Assembly: GCA_012295275.1 (NCBI GenBank)
Contig: CM022672.1
Coordinates: forward strand, 32,674,001-32,738,000
DNA: 64,000 nucleotides
Direction of reading: 5' to 3'
Origin: Chrysomallon squamiferum
Lineage: Eukaryota > Animalia > Mollusca
The notes under the pieces were generated by a model. That model was not told the origin of the DNA and did not search any database. It worked only from the letters and a program-made list of their open reading frames with translations. The translations under genes were made by a program, and so were the position numbers. Position 1 is the stretch's first letter; the number at the start of each line of letters is the position of its first letter. Shown in pieces: positions 14,596 to 28,973 of this stretch.

Positions 14596-15369
14596 ATAAG
14601 ACTTTCAAATAAATCATTCTGATAGAAAAATCACTATCTCTTTTAAAAAGAATTTCATATTAATTTTGTTTGAATTACTATTTCAAAATTATTTTCAGAT
14701 TTTAATCCTATTCTTGCATATATTTATGAGTATTTTAAATCCACCCTGTGGCTCTCCAAATTGCTATCTGATTAACACTGATTTCATAGTAAGCCAGTAA
14801 CTGAGATAATTTTTGCCCAGTGTTTGTTTGTGTGTGTGTGTGATAAAAAAAAAAAAATATTATTTAGAAAGTGCAGCCTGACACAACAATGCAAATAATT
14901 GCTATCTGCATGCTGATCATAAAATTATATTCAACCTACTTTAATGTGAAAACTTAATTAGACTTATAGAGTGAGTTCACTTAACTGTCCAGTGAAATCA
15001 GTGAACATGACAAAAATGGTATTAGCATCATTCAAACTGAATGTTTGAGAATTAAGAAAAAGTAAATTTATGGCTAGAGTTATGGTTAGGGTTAGATTTA
15101 GCATCGGGTTTAGCCTATGGTTATAGTTAGGTATAGGGTTAAGGTCAGTGCATGTGTTATGGTAAGGTGTACGTTTAGATTACAGTTGTTAAATCTCATA
15201 AGTTGTATAGCTTTATAATAATAATAATAATAATAATAATAAAATACATTTCAAAAAGTAGCTGTACATAAATTAACCGAAACGATAGTGTTTATTAGCA
15301 TAGTAATGTATGTACTCAGTCTGTCAAGGTTTATTTATCTCAGTCTGTATGAATTAAATCAAGGAAAAA

Positions 15370-15522
15370 GTTGGCCATATCTCCCAAACCATTAAAATTT
15401 CGGATTTGGTGTTGTGGGGTCCCAATCAACAAGTACACCAAGTTTCATAAAAATCGGAGACAGTCGGGTTTAAAATTTATTATTCGGGGGGGGGGGGGAG
15501 AAAATTTGACACGGAATGACCC
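15370..15522. mobile_element. Terminal fragment of a DNA transposon/MITE
   Basis: GC-richer island ending ACGGAATGACCC (GGGTCATTCC-type terminus). No partner end found. Confidence 0.35.
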
Positions 15523-16249
15523 TAATAAAGACAAAGTTGTCAAATTTAAAGTGAGGACAATTTTTGTATAGAAAAATTAACTCACAACGTTTTAGGATGT
15601 GTCTGAGGAACAAATTTAAAATATATTTTATCTGAAACAACTAAAATCAGGAAAGTTTAGATTTTTATCAGGATAAAATGCAATATAATTATAAATTTAC
15701 AAAGTTAACTTGGAAAAATTTATGATGAGTATTAAGATAAAATTTGAAGTAAAAAGAACTGTGCCAGATTAAGAAATAACTGGTTTTAAAACTAGCTGAA
15801 TTTTTAAATTTTATTTAAATTTTTTTTTCTTAATTCTTTTGATATCTGGAAGCTAGATAAATGGTTGTGTACCTGCATTTGGGTTAGCATTAGAATTTGG
15901 TTTAATTTAGTATTAAGGTTAGAGTTTAAGTTGGGTTAGGTTTAGTATTGGCTTAAATTTGTTTTAGATTTAATTATCTATTTAACTAAAGAGAATTTAA
16001 AATAACTTCTATTTTATTAACATGCATAACTCATCTTGTTACCACTAAAGTTATGGCTAGGCTTAGGCTGAGGCTTAGCAGGGCTATGGTCAGGATCAGG
16101 GTTAATTTTGAGGATAAAGTTAGAGTTTGAATTAGGATTAGTGCTAGATTTAACTAAAGAGAATTTAAAGAAACTTAAAATTTCGTAAATACCAATAGTT
16201 TATCTTGTTACAAGTAAAGTTATGGCTAGGGTTGGGGTTGCATTAAGGC

Positions 16250-17190
16250 TAGGTCAAGTGTTAGCGTTAGTGATAGAGTTGGGTTTAGGTTAGCATTAGA
16301 GGTGTGACTAGGTTTAGTGTTAGTGATAGAGTTGGGTTTAGGTTAGCATTAGAGGTGTGACTAGGGTTAGGGTTAGTGATAGAGTTGGGTTTAGGTTAGC
16401 ATTAGAGGTTGATTAGGTTTAGGGTTAGTGATAGAGTTGGGTTTAGGTTAGCATTAGTTTTTTTAGGGTTAAGCATTAGAGGTGTGACTAGGGTTAGGGT
16501 TAGATGATAGAGTTGGATTTAGGTTTAGGTTAGCATTAGAGGTGTGACTAGGGTTAGGGTTAGTGATAATGTCAGGTTTTAGGTTATTAGAGTTTGTGAA
16601 TTAGGGTTAGAGTTAGTGATAGAGTTGGGTTTAGGTTAGCATTAGAGGTGTGACTAGGGTTAGGGTTAGGTCATCTTTTACCACTAAAGTTGGGTTTAGG
16701 TTAGCATTAGAGGTGTGACTAGGGTTAGGGTTAGTGATAGAGTTGGGTTTTAGGTTAGCATTAGAGGTGTGACTAGGGTTAGGGTTAGTGATAGAGTTGG
16801 GTTTAGGTTAGCATTAGAGGTGTGACTAGGGTTAGGGTTAGTGATAGAGTTGGGTTTATATTAGTATTAGAGGTGTGACTAGGGTTAGTGTTAGTGATAG
16901 AGTTGGGTTTAGGTTAGCATTAGAGGTGTGACTAGGGTTAGGGTTAGTGATAGAGTTGGGTTTAGGTTAGCATTAGAGGTGTGACTAGGGTTAGGGTTAG
17001 TGATAGAGTTGGGTTTAGGTTAGCATTAGAGGTGTGACTAGGGTTAGGGTTAGTGATAGAGTTGGGTTTAGGTTAGCATTAGAGGTGTGACTAGGGTTAG
17101 GGTTAGTGATAGAGTTGGGTTTAGGTTAGCATTAGAGGTGTGACTAGGGTTAGGGTTAGTGATAATGTCAGGTTTTAGGTTAGCATTAAT
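16250..17190 (+). repeat. 53-bp tandem repeat containing TTAGGG, ~17 copies
   Basis: Unit ttagggttagtgatagagttgggtttaggttagcattagaggtgtgactaggg. Period 53 (e.g. 16921 to 16974). Embedded in degenerate TTAGGG-rich sequence at ~15060-18650. Confidence 0.95.
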
Positions 17191-19692
17191 GTTAGACTTA
17201 GGGTTTGTGTTAGATTTAATTACCTATATTTTATAAAAAAAACTTGAAAAAGTTTAGTATAATTTTTCAGATTAAAATTTAAAGACATCTTTAATTTCAA
17301 ATACAGTTAACATGAGAAAATATATTATGATTGTTAGAATAACATTTAAAGAAAGCCTTAGTTTATCACAGTATTACAGATAATGTTATGCTATAATTAA
17401 TGTTAGGGTCAGGGTTAACATTATGTTTAAGATTAATGTGAAACTATTTGCTTTGGTGAGTGTTAACAGTTTGCATTAGGGTTAAGGTTATGCTTAGTGT
17501 TAAGGTTTATGGATGGGTGTAGGCTAGCGTTAGGGTTGGTTAGGTTTAGAATTAGGGTCAGTGTTGGAATTACAGTTAGGGTAAGGGTTAAGCTTTGACT
17601 TTGGGTGATGATTAGGGTTAATATTAGGGCTGGTTTAAGGATTATGGTCAGGGTTCATTTGATTATATATTTAGTTCTAGATTTTCTTGATATAAAATTT
17701 GAAAAATGTTATGATTAATTACAATACCTTTTAAAATATACATGAGTATTAGGATACAATTTAAAATAAGTTTTATTTCTTAAAATCATTAATTTATCAC
17801 ATTGTTGCAAGTAAGGTTAAGGCTATATTTAGGGTTAAGGTTATGGTTACCATTAGGGTTAGGGATATTTTTAGCATTAGAGTTAGAGTTAAGATTAGTG
17901 TTAGGATTAGAGTGGAGTTAGATTTTTGTTTAGCATAGATTTATCTAACTGATTGTCTAAAGTAGTTTTCATATGAAACATGAAACAAATTATGTTGAAT
18001 TTTGGGATCAAACAGGTGAGGATTAGGTTTGGGTTAAGGGTAGCAATTATAATTAGGGTTAGATGATTTAATTATCAATATATCTCCAAATATATTTGAA
18101 TATACAAAACAATTTTAGGATAAAAAATTAAACAAATTGCTTTGAGTATTAGTATAATATTTAAAATAACTTTTATTTAAAAAATCAACTTGGGAAAAGT
18201 TTATGATGAGTGTTAGCATATATTTTAAATTCTGTTTTATTTCATTAAATCTTTAATTTATCATATTGCTGAAAGTAAGGTTATTGACAGGGTTAGAGCT
18301 ATGGTAACATTTAGGCTAGTGTTAGGGTTAGGCTACTGTTAGCATTAGGCTTTGGTTAGGCCTCATATGAGGGTTAGGGTAAAGTTTAATTATCCATTTA
18401 TCTAGAGACACCATGCAAATAAAAGGTGAAATATTTTCTGATTAGTCTTAGGATAAAATTTAATATAACTTTTATTTTTAAAAAATTTACTTTCTAAAGT
18501 TCAGTGTGAGTCTTCAGATAAAATTGAAAATTACATTTATTTCATTAAATCAATCATTCATCATAGTGTTACAAGTAAACTTATAGCTAGAATCAGAGTC
18601 AAGGTTAGAGTTACTATTTTGGTTATGATTAGAATTAGGTTTACAGTTATGGTAGGAGTAGTGATGGTAGTAGTAATTATAATTACAGTAGTAAAAGTAG
18701 TGACAGTAGTAACAGTAACTGTAGTGCTGAATGTAGTAGCAGTAATAAATTGGTGTTAAAATAGTAGTATTAGTAATACTTTTTATAGTTGTAGCACTAG
18801 TAATAATAGTGATATTAGTAGTTTTTATTTTTGTTTTGTTTTAGTAATACTATATGAGTAAACCAGACTGTACAGACATGAATTGGAGATCTCTCAGTTG
18901 CTGAAATCAAACTGGATCAAATTGAATACAGCGAAGAAAGGACATAAAGTCATATTAGACATAGCAGTTTAATGAAGAAAACAGTTTTGTAATTTTATTG
19001 GATCCAGCATTCTGATTAAGAAGAAAATTGTATTTATTGGATAAAGCAGGTTTAATGAAGAGAAGTAGAATTCCATTTGTAGTGGAGACAGCATTGTTAT
19101 GAAGAAAGAAATTTTATGTCATTTAAAAAAAAAAAAAACATTGAATATATAGTCTAATGAAGAAAGATTATAAGTCATTTATCTAGATCTAGCTGTTTAC
19201 TGAACAAATAGTATCAGGCTAATTATCACTAACATCATCCGCTAATGATTATAGTTCCTGTATGACATTTTGGTGCGTGTTCTGAACAGTCTTCTTGGGT
19301 TTCTCAGCCATGTTTAATTTGTAAGTGGCTATTAGTCCACCAGACAGGTCCAAATTTATGAACTGATTCCGTGTTGATATCGGTAAAATTGTATAGCTGT
19401 TGACCAGAGGGTAAACTTCGTGATCAAAATCAAACTCTGCACGAAACGAACATCGGGTGAGTAGTAAATAAAATAACGACACAGTGATTCTCTTTACTGC
19501 GACAGACTTCAAACGACGTCGTAACGACAAGTAAACGACTTTTGTTTAACTAAGTCGTTATGGTGACATCTTCGGGAACATGGCCATGAATTAGAATATA
19601 TAACCGTATGTAATAATAATAATAATAATAATAATAATATTAATAATCATATTAACACTCATATATATATATATATATATAAACTTCACCAT

Positions 19693-19732
<40 letters not shown>

Positions 19733-20247
19733 AAAATGATAGACAGCTGGTTTAAACCTCATCATTTCCAGCTGAATGATTTGAACTACTTGTCAGTGGT
19801 TAAGTCTTTGGGGATAGTATGACCTTGTGAAGAATATTTGTTATACATATCTAATATAAAAATTTTAGGATATTTTCAAATGAAATGTTTTATTGTTTAT
19901 TTTTTTCATTTATTTTTTTCTTAGTTACTCTTTATGATGACCTACTATAGTCGTTTCCCTTTCGTCAATAATAGAATATCTAATAAAAATAAATATATTA
20001 TTGAAAAGGATTATTGTAAGCACATGAACGAAACTAGTATAGCTAAGCAACTAGAAAACGTTATATCTTCACTATTTTGTGATTTGTGTTTATTGTAAAT
20101 AATAAATACATTTAGATAAAAAAATATTTGTTTATATTATTAAAATGTATTTTGATTATTAACTTTCTTTATTTTCAGTCGTTTTTTTTTTCGACTGTCA
20201 CTGAAATTTTACCGATTATATAAAACAAGGACAAAACAAAGAGAATT

Positions 20248-21870
20248 ATGAACGCTTTTGATATCGCTGATCATGACATTTTGTTCCAGCTGTTAAACGC
20301 TGTAAGACTCAGTGACTCGACACTAAACTGGTTTCGCTCCTATTACATGAGCGACATGAGGCGGAAGAAATCGTTGACAGTTAGATGTAGCGTTCATCAG
20401 TTAGTTTTCTATGCCGATGATTCTGCACTGATAGTGCAAGGCAGAAATACAAGAGAAATTCAGCTCGAATTTTGAAATGAACCAGAATTAACAAGGAGTT
20501 GGTAACTGACAATAAATTATCTCTCAACCCGGGAAAGACTGAGTCAATTCTCTTTGCGTCAAAGACAATCATGTCTTTCTTTAACGTAAAACCCGGTTAA
20601 CTATGAAACTGTATTTCGTTAGATACAGTTCTTTTAATTATATATATTTTATTAAGGTACTAATGTTATATGTTAATTATAGGCTCTATATATTTGAAAC
20701 AGACAAAAGATGAAGTAGCGACAAATATTAAATATGTATTAATAATTAATATAAGTAAATAATGTGTCTTTAACTGCCGATATAAGCTAATAATTAAAGT
20801 TCTGTTTGATCATCCGTTAATATTTTTTTACAGTAAAATACGTGAAGACGTTTATTGTAAAACTTTTCTTTTATTTAATTTTGAAGTTACATTTATTATC
20901 TTCATTAGGTAGTGTTATTAACAGCGTATTTGTTTAACATAAGTTCTGTTAACGAAACTACTTGATTCTCCCATGACCAATTCCGCCTTTAATTGATTCA
21001 ACTGATTCCGCATTTTAACTCAGCTATTCATAAAACCGTAAATAAGTTAGTTGCGTTTATTTTCTTGTATATTATTTTAATAAATAAATAACTCAAACTG
21101 CATTTTTGTTGATATATGTTATTTATCTAGTAAATTATACCATCACGATGTTTACGTTTCTCTCACAATTAAAGATTTACTGTCTGAGTATTGTAAACGC
21201 CTATGTCCCCTCAGCGAGGTAACGAGCACCTGAGGCAACAAGCAATTTCAACAAGACCAATATACAGACAATGTACAGACAATGCACAGACAATGTACAG
21301 ATAATGCACAGACCAAAATTAAATACTTGTGTGTCGAATTTGCCCTGTGTTTTGCTGGAAACTGTATTGCACACAAAATTAATAGTAAAACAAATTCAAA
21401 TTTAAAGGTTTTTTATATGTTGTCTATCTGGAAACAAACAGCATGCTAACTTCAACACTAATCCAGTGCTAGATCATCTTTGTATTTTGGACTGACGAAG
21501 AAATACTAAACTAGGATAAAATGTAATCCAAAAAAAAAAACATTAATAAAAAAAAATAAAAATAAACAAATTAAAAAAAAAGTATCCTTATTTTTGCAGT
21601 CAACCCCTCGCAAGTATATTGGAGCAAATCAGATTAGATTGGTCAATATACTGCCGGATGGAACTCCGTTCCAAACAAATCAAACTAAATATTGTCCATA
21701 TTATTCTAAACAGCACAATCCCAGATTACCTAAGTACTGTTTTCAAATTAACTAGATACAAACATAATATCAATGCAAGATCCAGTGCAGTGTCTCTTCA
21801 GATACCTGAAGTTAGAGCATTTGGTAAAAATGCACAGGAATATTGTCTTGACATAAATAAGAAGTGAAAT
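20248..21870 (+). mobile_element. CR1/L2-like LINE RT remnant split by an AT-rich insertion (~20575-21235)
   Basis: AFDIADHDILFQLL..LSDSTLNWFRSY, FYADDSAL, NKLSLNPGKTESILF; resumes with KIKYL.. near 21315 and IPDYL..HNINARS near 21720-21780. Confidence 0.8.
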
Positions 21871-21908
21871 TAAGTGTTTAATACGCAAGTATCTTTCAAA
21901 AATGCATG

Positions 21909-21952
<44 letters not shown>

Positions 21953-22226
21953 CATATATACACACATATATAGACATACTGATAGATATATAGATACAAC
22001 TACATATACAGAATTAGAGACACACATGAATGGATATAGAGAAACGGACAGAGATATAGATAAACATACACAGCGATATAAGTAGTTAGATAGACAGATA
22101 GACAGACTGACCATCAGACAGCTAGAGAGATACATTTCAATCTACACAGTTCCCGACAGAAAACTAATATTTCGTGAAGGGTTGACGAATTTAATTCCGT
22201 GAATTACAAACATTAATGCTGTAGTC

Positions 22227-22377
22227 TTACTTCCACTGGACAATGTGAATGTATTCTCCCGTGTAGCAGTTCAGTAACTCATTGTCAGTTTTCACAATCA
22301 AACTGTCACAACCATGTTTCTTGATAACACATCCCTCTGGTACATCGATTGGGCCCATTCCCACACTCGAACCATAG
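22227..22377 (-). CDS. Beta-microseminoprotein-like protein, exon 3 (total 128 aa, 10 Cys)
   Basis: acacag| acceptor, phase compatible with exon 2. SYGSSVGMGPIDVPEGCVIKKHGCDSLIVKTDNELLNCYTGEYIHIVQWK* supplies the last three Cys (P.GC..C..VK..C). Confidence 0.85.
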
Positions 22378-22429
22378 CTGTGTGTGTCAAACATATCACT
22401 GTTTTTATTACTTTATTACTATATTACTA

Positions 22430-25400
22430 CTAAGAGTTGACCACTACTAACCACTGTTACTAATACTACTACAACGTTGACCACTACTAACCACTGTTAC
22501 TAATGCTACTACGATGTTGACCACTACTAACCACTGTTACTAATACTACTACAACGTTGACCACTACTATCCACTGTTACTAATACTACTACGAGTTGAC
22601 CACTACTAACCACTGTTACTAATACTACTACGATGTTGACCACTACTATCCACTGTTACTAATACTACTACGATGTTGACCACACTACTAACCACTGTTA
22701 CTAACCACTGTACTAATACTACTACGAGTTGACCACTACTATCCACTGTTACTAATACTACTACGAGTTGACCACTACTAACCACTGTTACTAATACTAC
22801 TACGAGTTGACCACTACTATCCACTGTTACTAATACTACTACGAGTTGACCACTACTACCACTGTTACTACCACTACCAGTTGACCACTACTAACCACTG
22901 TTACTAATACTACTACGAGTTGACCACTACTATCCACTGTTACTAATACTACTACGAGTTGACCACTACTATCCACTGTTACTAATACTACTACGAGTTG
23001 ACCACTACTAACCACTGTTACTAATACTACTACGAGTTGACCACTACTACCACTGTTACTAATACTGTTACTAATACTTACGAGTTGACCACTACTACCA
23101 CTGTTACTAATACTACTACGAGTTGACCACTACTATCCACTGTTACTAATACTATTACGAGTTGACTACACTACTACCACTGTTACTATCCACTGTTACT
23201 ACTACGAGTTGACCACTACTACCACTGTTACTAATACTACTACGAGTTGACCACTACTATCCACTGTTATTAATACTACTACGAGTTGACCACTACTATC
23301 CACTGTTACTAATACTACTACGAGTTGACCACTACTATCCACTGTTACTAATACTACTACGAGTTGACCACTACTAACCACTGTTACTAATACTACAACG
23401 AGTTGACCACTACTATCCACTGTTACTAATACTACTACGAGTTGACCACTACTATCCACTGTTACTAATACTACTACGAGTTGACCACTACTATCCACTG
23501 TTACTAATACTACTGCGACGTTGACCACTACTAACCACTGTTACTAATACTACTACTACGTTGACCACTACTAACCACTGTTACAAATATATTTACTACG
23601 AGTTGACCACTACTTACCACTGTTACTAATACTACTACAACGTTGACCACTACTAACCACTGTTACTAATATATTTACTACGAGTTGACCACTACTTACC
23701 ACTGTTACTACTACCACTGTTATCCACTGTTACTTTTACTACTACGACGTTGACCACTACTATCCACTGTTACTAATACTACTACGAGTTGACCACTACT
23801 ATCCACTGTTGTTACTAATACTATTACGAGTTGACCACTACTAACCACTGTTTAATAATACTACTACGAGTTGACCACTACTGTCCACTGTTACTAATAC
23901 TACTACGACGTTGACCACTACTGTCCACTGTTACTAATACTACTACGACGTTGACCACTACTATCCACTGTTACTAATACTACTGCGACGTTGACCATTA
24001 CTGTCCACTGTTACTAATACTACTACGAGTTGACCACTACTACCACTGTTACTAATACTACTACGAGTTGACCACTACTATCCACTGTTACTAATACTAC
24101 TACGAGTTGACCACTACTATCCACTGTTACTAATACTACTACGAGTTGACCACTACTATCCACTGTTACTAATACTACTACGAGTTGACCACTACTACCA
24201 CTGTTACTAAATACTACTACGAGTTACTACTACTATCCACTATCCACTGTTACTAATACTACTACGAGTTGACCACTACTATCCACTGTTACTAATACTA
24301 CTACGAGTTGACCACTACTATCCACTGTTACTAATACTACTACGAGTTGACCACTACTATCCACTGTTACTAATACTACTACGAGTTGACCACTACTATC
24401 CACTGTTACTAATACTACTACGAGTTGACCACTACTATCCACTGTTACTAATACTACTACGAGTTGACCACTACTAACTGTTACTGTTACTAATACTACT
24501 ACGAGTTGACCACTACTATCCACTGTTACTAATACTACTACTACGAGTTGACCACTACTATCCACTGTTACTAATACTACTACGAGTTGACCACTACTAA
24601 CCACTGTTACTAATACTACTACGAGTTGACCACTACTATCCACTGTTACTAATACTACTACGAGTTGACCACTACTATCCACTGTTACTAATACTACTAC
24701 GAGTTGACCACTACTACCACTGTTACTAATACTACTACGAGTTGACCACTACTATCCACTGTTACTAATACTACTACGAGTTGACCACTACTATCCACTG
24801 TTACTAATACTACTACGAGTTGACCACTACTAACCACTGTTACTAATACTACTACGACGTTGACCACTACTATCCACTGTTACTAATACTACTACGAGTT
24901 GACGAGTTGACCACTACTACCACTGTTACTAATACTACTACGAGTTGACCACTACTATCCACTGTTACTAATACTACTACGAGTTGACCACTACTATCCA
25001 CTGTTACTAATACTACTACGAGTTGACCACTACTACTACACCACTGTTACTAATACTACTACGAGTTGACCACTACTATCCACTGTTACTAATACTACTA
25101 CGAGTTGACCACTACTACCACTGTTACTAATACTACTACGAGTTGACCACTACTATCCACTGTTACTAATACTATTACGAGTTGACCACTACTACCACTG
25201 TTACTAATACTACTACGAGTTGACCACTACTACCACTGTTAGTAATACTACTACGAGTTGACCACTACTATCCACTGTTACTAATACTACTACGAGTTGA
25301 CCACTACTATCCACTGTTACTAATACTACTACGAGTTGACCACTACTAACCACTGTTATCCACTACAACGTTACTAACCACTACTACTACGAGTTGACCA

Positions 25401-27042
25401 CTACTAACCACTGTTACTAATACTACTACGAGTTGACCACTACTACCACTGTTACCACTGTTACTAATACTACTACAACGTTGACCACTACTAACCACTG
25501 TTGTTACTATATATTTACTACGAGTTGACCACTACTACTACTACCACTGTTACTAATACTACTACAACGTTGACCACTACTAACCACTGTTACTAATATA
25601 TTTACTACGAGTTTACCACTACTTACCACTGTTACTATTACTACTACAACGTTGACCACTACTTACCACTGTTACTAATACTACTACAACGTTGACCACT
25701 ACTAACCACTGTTACTAATATATTTACTACGAGTTGACCATTACTACTACTTACCACTGTTACTGTTACTATTACTACTACAACGTTGACCACACTAACC
25801 ACTGTTACTAACCACTGTTACTAATATATTTACTACGAGTTTACCACTACTTACCACTGTTACTAATACTACTACAACGTTGACCACTACTAACCACTGT
25901 TACTAATATATTTACTACGAGTTGACCACTACTTACCACTGTTACTAATACTACTACAACGTTGACCACTACTAACCACTGTTACTAATATATTTACTAC
26001 GAGTTTACCACTACTTACCACTGTTACTATTACTACCACTGTCAACTGTTATTACTACTACAACGTTGACCACTACTACCACTGTTACTAATACTACTAC
26101 AACGTTGACCACTACTAACCACTGTTACTAATATATTTACTACGAGTTGACCACTACTTACCACTGTTACTATTACTACTACAACGTTGACCACTACTTA
26201 CCACTGTTACTAATACTACTACAACGTTGACCACTACTATCAACTGTTACTAATGCTACTACAATGTTGACCACTACTATCCACTGTTACTAATACTACT
26301 ACGACGTTGACCATTACTGTCCACTGTTACTAATACTACTACGAGTTGACCACTACTATCCACTGTTACTAATACTACTACGAGTTGACCACTACTATCC
26401 ACTGTTACTAATACTACTGCGACGTTGACCATTACTGTCCACTGTTACTAATACTACTACGAGTTGACCACTACTATCCACTGTTACTAATACTACTACG
26501 AGTTGACCACTACTATCCACTGTTACTAATACTACTACGAGTTGACCACTACTATCCACTGTTACTAATACTACTACGAGTTGACCACTACTATCCACTG
26601 TTACTAATACTACTACGAGTTGACCACTACTATCCACTGTTACTAATACTACTACGAGTTGACCACTACTATCCACTGTTACTAATACTACTACGAGTTG
26701 ACCACTACTATCCACTGTTACTAATACTACTACGAGTTGACCACTACTACCACTGTTACTAATACTACTACGAGTTGACCACTACTATCCACTGTTATTA
26801 ATACTACTACGAGTTGACCACTACTATCCACTGTTACTAATACTACTACGAGTTGACCACTACTAACCACTGTTACTAATACTACTACGAGTTGACCACT
26901 ACTAACCACTGTTACTAATACTACTACGAGTTGACCACTACTACCATTGTTGTTACTAATACTACTACGAGTTGACCACTACTGTCCTACGAGTTGTTAC
27001 TAATACTACTACGAGTTGTTAATACTACTACGAGTTGACCAC
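22430..27042. repeat. 39-bp minisatellite, ~4.6 kb, intronic
   Basis: Unit ccactgttactaatactactacgagttgaccactactat with 40-41-bp variants (acgacgttg, acaacgttg, atatattt). Confidence 0.97.
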
Positions 27043-27190
27043 GAGAGAGAGAGAGACTGACTATTGGAAATTTTGAAACTGTAACCATCATCGTCAACAT
27101 CATCATATACAGCAGAAACAACAACGGAAACAGCTTTATATTGTCCATCACAAATGGTCTCATTAAACATCAGTGCAAGACAGTACATAC

Positions 27191-27314
27191 CTACAGCAAG
27201 AAAGCAAACCGTCTCTGCAGTAGCAGTCTAAACATTTATTCTCCAGTTTAACATATTCGCCGGGCAGCATAACGTAATAGTCATATTCACAGTAGTATAT
27301 TGTTTCACCGCCTT
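27191..27314 (-). CDS. Beta-microseminoprotein-like protein, exon 2
   Basis: ttgcag| acceptor; EGGETIYYCEYDYYVMLPGEYVKLENKCLDCYCRDGLLSCC; donor AG|gtatgt. Contains the C-x2-C-x-C-x6-CC core of the PSP94 family. Confidence 0.88.
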
Positions 27315-27346
27315 CTGCAATGATAACACGTTTTAATTTATTATTA

Positions 27347-27430
<84 letters not shown>

Positions 27431-27579
27431 ATGTTCGTGAAACTTTGCATATACCTAACATTTTATTGTGTCTGCATGTTAACAAAAGAATAGAAGTGTA
27501 ATATATGAAACAGACAGACAGGAAAACAGCCAGAGAGACAGAAAATTAAAGAGATACACAAATAATAGCATACATAAAC

Positions 27580-27632
<53 letters not shown>

Positions 27633-27788
27633 ATTTTGCTTCATTTCATTTCATTTTTTTATATTTATTTATTTTTATTTATTTATATATATATATGTTT
27701 TCATCTACCTGGATGTTGTAGAAATCTATGATATCACTAAAGCACTCACATTTGTGAAACCTAATTAATATATATAAGTACAGTTTAT

Positions 27789-27829
<41 letters not shown>

Positions 27830-27944
27830 TACACGTATATATTAAATCCAATATCATTAAAATACAAGGCCAACAAACATGAGCCGTTTGATTGCTCTAA
27901 CAATAGCTAGTTGTCGTCATTTCAGCGTTGTTTAACACACAAAC

Positions 27945-28056
27945 CTGTTGTGAAGGTATCCATACTCTTCACCAAACAACTTGCATCCAAGGTTACTAGA
28001 ACATCAGCAACTCTGAGAAGAATGAACACAAACAATCTGGTATAGCTATGTGACAT
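27945..28056 (-). CDS. Beta-microseminoprotein (PSP94)-like secreted protein, exon 1
   Basis: AAAATG start. MSHSYTRLFVFILLRVADVLVTLDASCLVKSMDTFTT is a probable signal peptide followed by the first Cys. Donor ACAG|gtttgt, phase 1. Confidence 0.75.
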
Positions 28057-28361
28057 TTTTAACTCAGTGAACTTGGAGAATGATGCTGTTTATTACAATA
28101 CTGTGCAACAAAAATATTTTTACAAAGCTGACAACCAGCCGAAGTTTATGTATAAGGAGATTCACACATGTAAATGTAAATTAACCACACACAATATAGT
28201 AATAAAAAAAAAAAAAAAAAAAAAAAATAAAATACAAATAAAAAATAAATATATAAATAATAAATATCTGTATCTCTGTATATGTATATATATCTACATC
28301 GAAATAAATAAAAATAAATAAATAAATATTCATATATAGTGACACATACACACTCTAAACA

Positions 28362-28427
<66 letters not shown>

Positions 28428-28621
28428 GCTTTGTGTATATATATACAATTGTTTTTCAGTAAATGGACAGAGTGTCAGAAATGCTGGTATATATAAAATG
28501 GCGATCGGTACACACATACATACACATACATACATATATATACATACATAAGCACACTAAAACACACATACATTCATACATTTACATACATATACATATA
28601 CACACACACACACACAAACAT

Positions 28622-28673
<52 letters not shown>

Positions 28674-28715
28674 GTAGATAATATGATTACATATATTTGT
28701 CTCTTTTTTTTTCTC

Positions 28716-28798
<83 letters not shown>

Positions 28799-28907
28799 AA
28801 AACACACACACAAACACGTGGACAGAAACGTGTTTCATCATAATTATTTTGTATTTCTTATTTGATTTAATTTAATTTATGTTTCATCTTATTTTATCTT
28901 ATTTTTA

Positions 28908-28973
<66 letters not shown>

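Larger units (their letters stand above)
11600..19200. repeat. Left arm of large inverted segmental duplication
   Basis: Reverse-complement matches: 11704-13350 with ~48060-49870 (near-identical; the same spurious ORF MLLSGVLNIRLYTWRYS occurs on opposite strands), 13356-14038 with 47368-48050, ~17340-18330 with ~45450-46640, 18850-19200 with ~37280-37590, 11600-11690 with ~50510-50590. Confidence 0.9.

Noticed and set aside
16250-17190. True telomere or chromosome fusion site
   Set aside because: No pure (TTAGGG)n tract and no head-to-head junction; it is a 53-bp satellite.
19249-19530. 93-aa minus-strand ORF
   Set aside because: Non-ATG start, no recognisable motif and no supported splice partners.
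22606-26715. Repetitive ORFs (VVVLVTVDSSGQL)n as a structural protein
   Set aside because: They arise from the 39-bp unit being a multiple of 3. Frames break repeatedly and the array lies in an intron of the beta-MSP-like gene.
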